Source: Phoronis australis (lineage: Eukaryota > Animalia > Phoronida). Taken from it: 37,567 bases of DNA. This document shows positions 36,571-37,567 of this stretch, piece by piece (the first letter of the stretch is position 1; each line of letters opens with the position of its first letter). Under the pieces are notes generated by a model. That model did not search any database and was not told the origin of the DNA. It saw nothing but the letters and a program-made list of their open reading frames with translations. The stretch is taken from assembly GCA_002633005.1 (NCBI GenBank), contig NMRA01000651.1, positions 172,633-210,199 on the forward strand, read 5' to 3'. The translations under genes and the position numbers were made by a program.

Positions 36571-37286
36571 TTTACCATACATGTAGATTACACAAAACCG
36601 TGTTCATCACTTCGAAATTTGGCACCTAACCCCCATGACGGTAGTAATTATTATCGTGACTATGTGCGCAACGTGGTGAATACATACTCTTGCTCATTAT
36701 GTTCAGTGGAAGGTGAATAAATTGTTTTTATCATAAATAAATATTCAATATGTAATAAGTGCGGTGCATATGAACACACATTGATTTTAATTTGGAGTTT
36801 AAGTGCGTATTATTTTTTTCACTACATGTATACAGTAAGATCATGTTCTTACTAAAACTTCAATTTTTGATGTGTGACTCCAACATATTCATCAGTTACA
36901 ATTTAGACAATTTTCAAAGTAAGACCTCCAAAGTTGTACCAGTTTTTTCAGTAATTGATCGTTCTTCGGTATGATACCATATTTTATTGAATTTGTCTTT
37001 GGACTACTGAAACTATTCGCAAGAGTAATGTAAGATCGAATACTTTACTAAATAGCGTATACTTTAAAACCTTTTCTTAAGTGAATCCGGCCAACCACGT
37101 CTGGTTAGCAAGAGTGATCTAAGAAATTTAGTCTTAAACTCCACGTTACTATTCCTGAAAAATAATTAAGTTGCACTTGAGCAAAATGTCAAATATCTGA
37201 GACTATACACAAAACAGACAGTTATTGAGATAATTTCTATAAATCATTTCCAGTAAGTGATGCGCCCATCATTACTTGGCTAAACC

Positions 37287-37567
37287 CATAACGCTAAACC
37301 CTCGTGAGAGACCGCCCCGAGATGGATGCTGGAGCAACTCGGGGCGGTCTGGGATCAAGCGGAAAAACCACAGGGTAAATCTGTGGTCGACGAATCTATT
37401 CGGTCGATTACATTTTATTGCCCGTGAAGCCGCTAAGGGCTGCCTGAAGAAATATGACTCGCGCGTTTGTATTTTCGCCTTTTTCAATAACATGTAAAAG
37501 ATTCATCAACAAATTCCTCGTAAAATTCTGAAAACAAGCGTTTTTCTCCCACGAAAATCGATGAAGT
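37287..37567 (+). repeat. Triple-hairpin interspersed repeat, copy 2 (runs off the window end)
   Basis: Aligns to 25205-25493. Stems at 37309-37324/37335-37350, 37367-37373/37381-37387 and 37387-37394/37399-37407. Confidence 0.9.

Overview
This looks like eukaryotic (animal, probably marine invertebrate) intergenic or intronic DNA, AT-rich (roughly 60% by eye). I see no intact gene, operon, rRNA, real tRNA or CRISPR array. The window is a dense graveyard of nested mobile elements. DNA transposons: an Academ-type transposase relic interrupted by a TA-flanked MITE; several TIR or hairpin MITEs; an internally deleted Kolobok transposon (TTAA/AGG ends, ~160-bp TIRs) carrying convergent THAP-transposase and KolX (P2X7-ballast-like) 5' halves; two further THAP relics; and a ~5.3-kb CCC..GGG-ended (CACTA/EnSpm-like) foldback element with 1.4-1.6-kb inverted arms and two alternative right ends. 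Retroelements: Penelope fragments, a 5'-truncated L1/Tx1 LINE with an 8-bp TSD, and the 3' end of an I/R1/LOA-group LINE. Four less ordinary signals stand out. (i) TACATGTA, the classical Tc1/Tc3 excision footprint, is roughly 10-fold over-represented, and one site has a visible empty-TA allele in the sister arm of the foldback. (ii) A twice-repeated module of three hairpins shows compensatory base changes. (iii) Three dispersed copies of an unidentified motif (TAFSRSVTxPD) vary mainly at synonymous positions. (iv) Three tRNA-like Pol III promoter modules sit in unrelated repeats. All family assignments come from manual motif reading, not database searches.
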